A DNA stretch of 63,969 bases, the filler included, from an uncultured bacterium (GTDB lineage: Bacteria > Auribacterota > CAZIXI01), in the NCBI GenBank assembly GCA_964543115.1. It is 3 parts of 3 records of this genome, joined end to end, with 100 filler letters (N's around TTAATTAATTAA, not from the genome) between each part and the next. Parts side by side here need not be neighbours in the genome. Positions count along the whole stretch, not along the records: positions 51,431 to 63,969 come from CAZIXI010000080.1; 2 more parts are not named here. One strand, written 5' to 3'. Each line of letters opens with the position of its first letter. Position 1 is the first letter of the stretch. The translations under genes were made by a program, and so were the position numbers. This document shows positions 63,616 through 63,969 of this stretch, in pieces. The notes under the pieces were generated by a model that was not told the DNA's origin, made no database searches, and saw nothing but the letters and a program-made list of their open reading frames with translations.

Positions 63616-63644
63616 TTGACCTTATTTAGATAAATTTGTATAAT
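63616..63644 (+). promoter_or_regulatory. Near-consensus sigma70 promoter
   Basis: TTGACC-17 nt-TATAAT, 26 nt upstream of the tRNA-like sequence. Confidence 0.8.
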
Positions 63645-63670
63645 TTCGCAACAAAATATCGTTCTTTCAC

Positions 63671-63689
63671 TCCTCGGTAGCTCAATGGT
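63671..63689 (+). tRNA. 5' fragment of a tRNA (Asn-like acceptor strand plus D-arm), interrupted in the D-loop
   Basis: TCCTCGG-TA-GCTC-AATGGT matches positions 1 to about 20 of bacterial tRNA-Asn-type genes; the expected AGAGC continuation is absent. Confidence 0.6.
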
Positions 63690-63969
63690 CGAAGCGAGCG
63701 TAGCGAGCGGAGATCCGCCGAAGCTCCGAAGGAGCGAAGGCGGACATAAAACTAATAAAATACTCTATGTCATACTGGGTATATGTAATAAGAAGTAAAA
63801 CTACTAATAAAAGATACACAGGACACACAAATAACTTAGAGAGAAGACTTAAAGAACATAATTCAGCTAAATCTCACAATAGTCTATATACTAAAAAGAA
63901 CAAAGGTCCTTGGGAATTTATATACCAGGAAAAACTTAACACAAGGAAAGAAGCAATTAAAAAAGAAGC
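63690..63969 (+). mobile_element. Putative GIY-YIG-encoding insertion (intron-like) in a tRNA, truncated by the window end
   Basis: GAA/GTA-loop hairpins at 63690-63744, then an AT-rich GIY-YIG ORF. Confidence 0.55.
63767..63969 (+). CDS. Small GIY-YIG nuclease, 3'-truncated (not in the ORF track)
   Basis: MSYWVYVIRSKTTNKRYTGHTNNLERRLKEHN...YTKKNKGPWEFIYQE...RKEAIKKE. Confidence 0.9.
   Translation, partial: MSYWVYVIRSKTTNKRYTGHTNNLERRLKEHNSAKSHNSLYTKKNKGPWEFIYQEKLNTRKEAIKKE

Overview
The window is three contigs (1-26036, 26137-51330, 51431-63969) joined by artificial N-TTAATTAATTAA-N linkers, so adjacency across the gaps carries no information. The source is a diderm bacterium, probably anaerobic (TolC, POR, membrane PPase, B12 enzymes). 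It is plausibly Omnitrophota/PVC-like; this is inferred only from the style of the giant gene. Contig 1 holds a uvrA 3' end, a small secreted protein, a GAF-sigma54 activator, purC, split metH, pabB/pabC-like genes, hppA, an SbcD/SbcC-like pair, two paralogous secreted beta-helix proteins flanking tolC-macA-macB, and an ATPase gene cut by a probable IS3 end. Contig 2 holds a frameshifted saccharopine-dehydrogenase-like fragment, a radical SAM-dppABC operon with no ATPase genes, and a 17.8 kb gene (5935 aa). Contig 3 holds cysE, a second uvrA, dnaX-recR (ybaB absent, a REP-like palindrome in its place), porCDAB, small metabolic genes, and a tRNA 5' fragment interrupted in the D-loop by hairpins and a GIY-YIG gene. 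The best candidate novel system is the giant signal-peptide protein. It carries an EreA/ChaN/TIKI-like domain, a zincin, a membrane segment, two ClpB-like modules (dead NBD1, motif-intact NBD2), a degenerate GHKL fold, pairwise-duplicated helical repeats and a C-terminal pseudo-zincin, and it sits behind a possibly bistable 5' UTR. The second candidate is the tRNA-interrupting GIY-YIG element. All family calls are by motif recognition; no searches were run.
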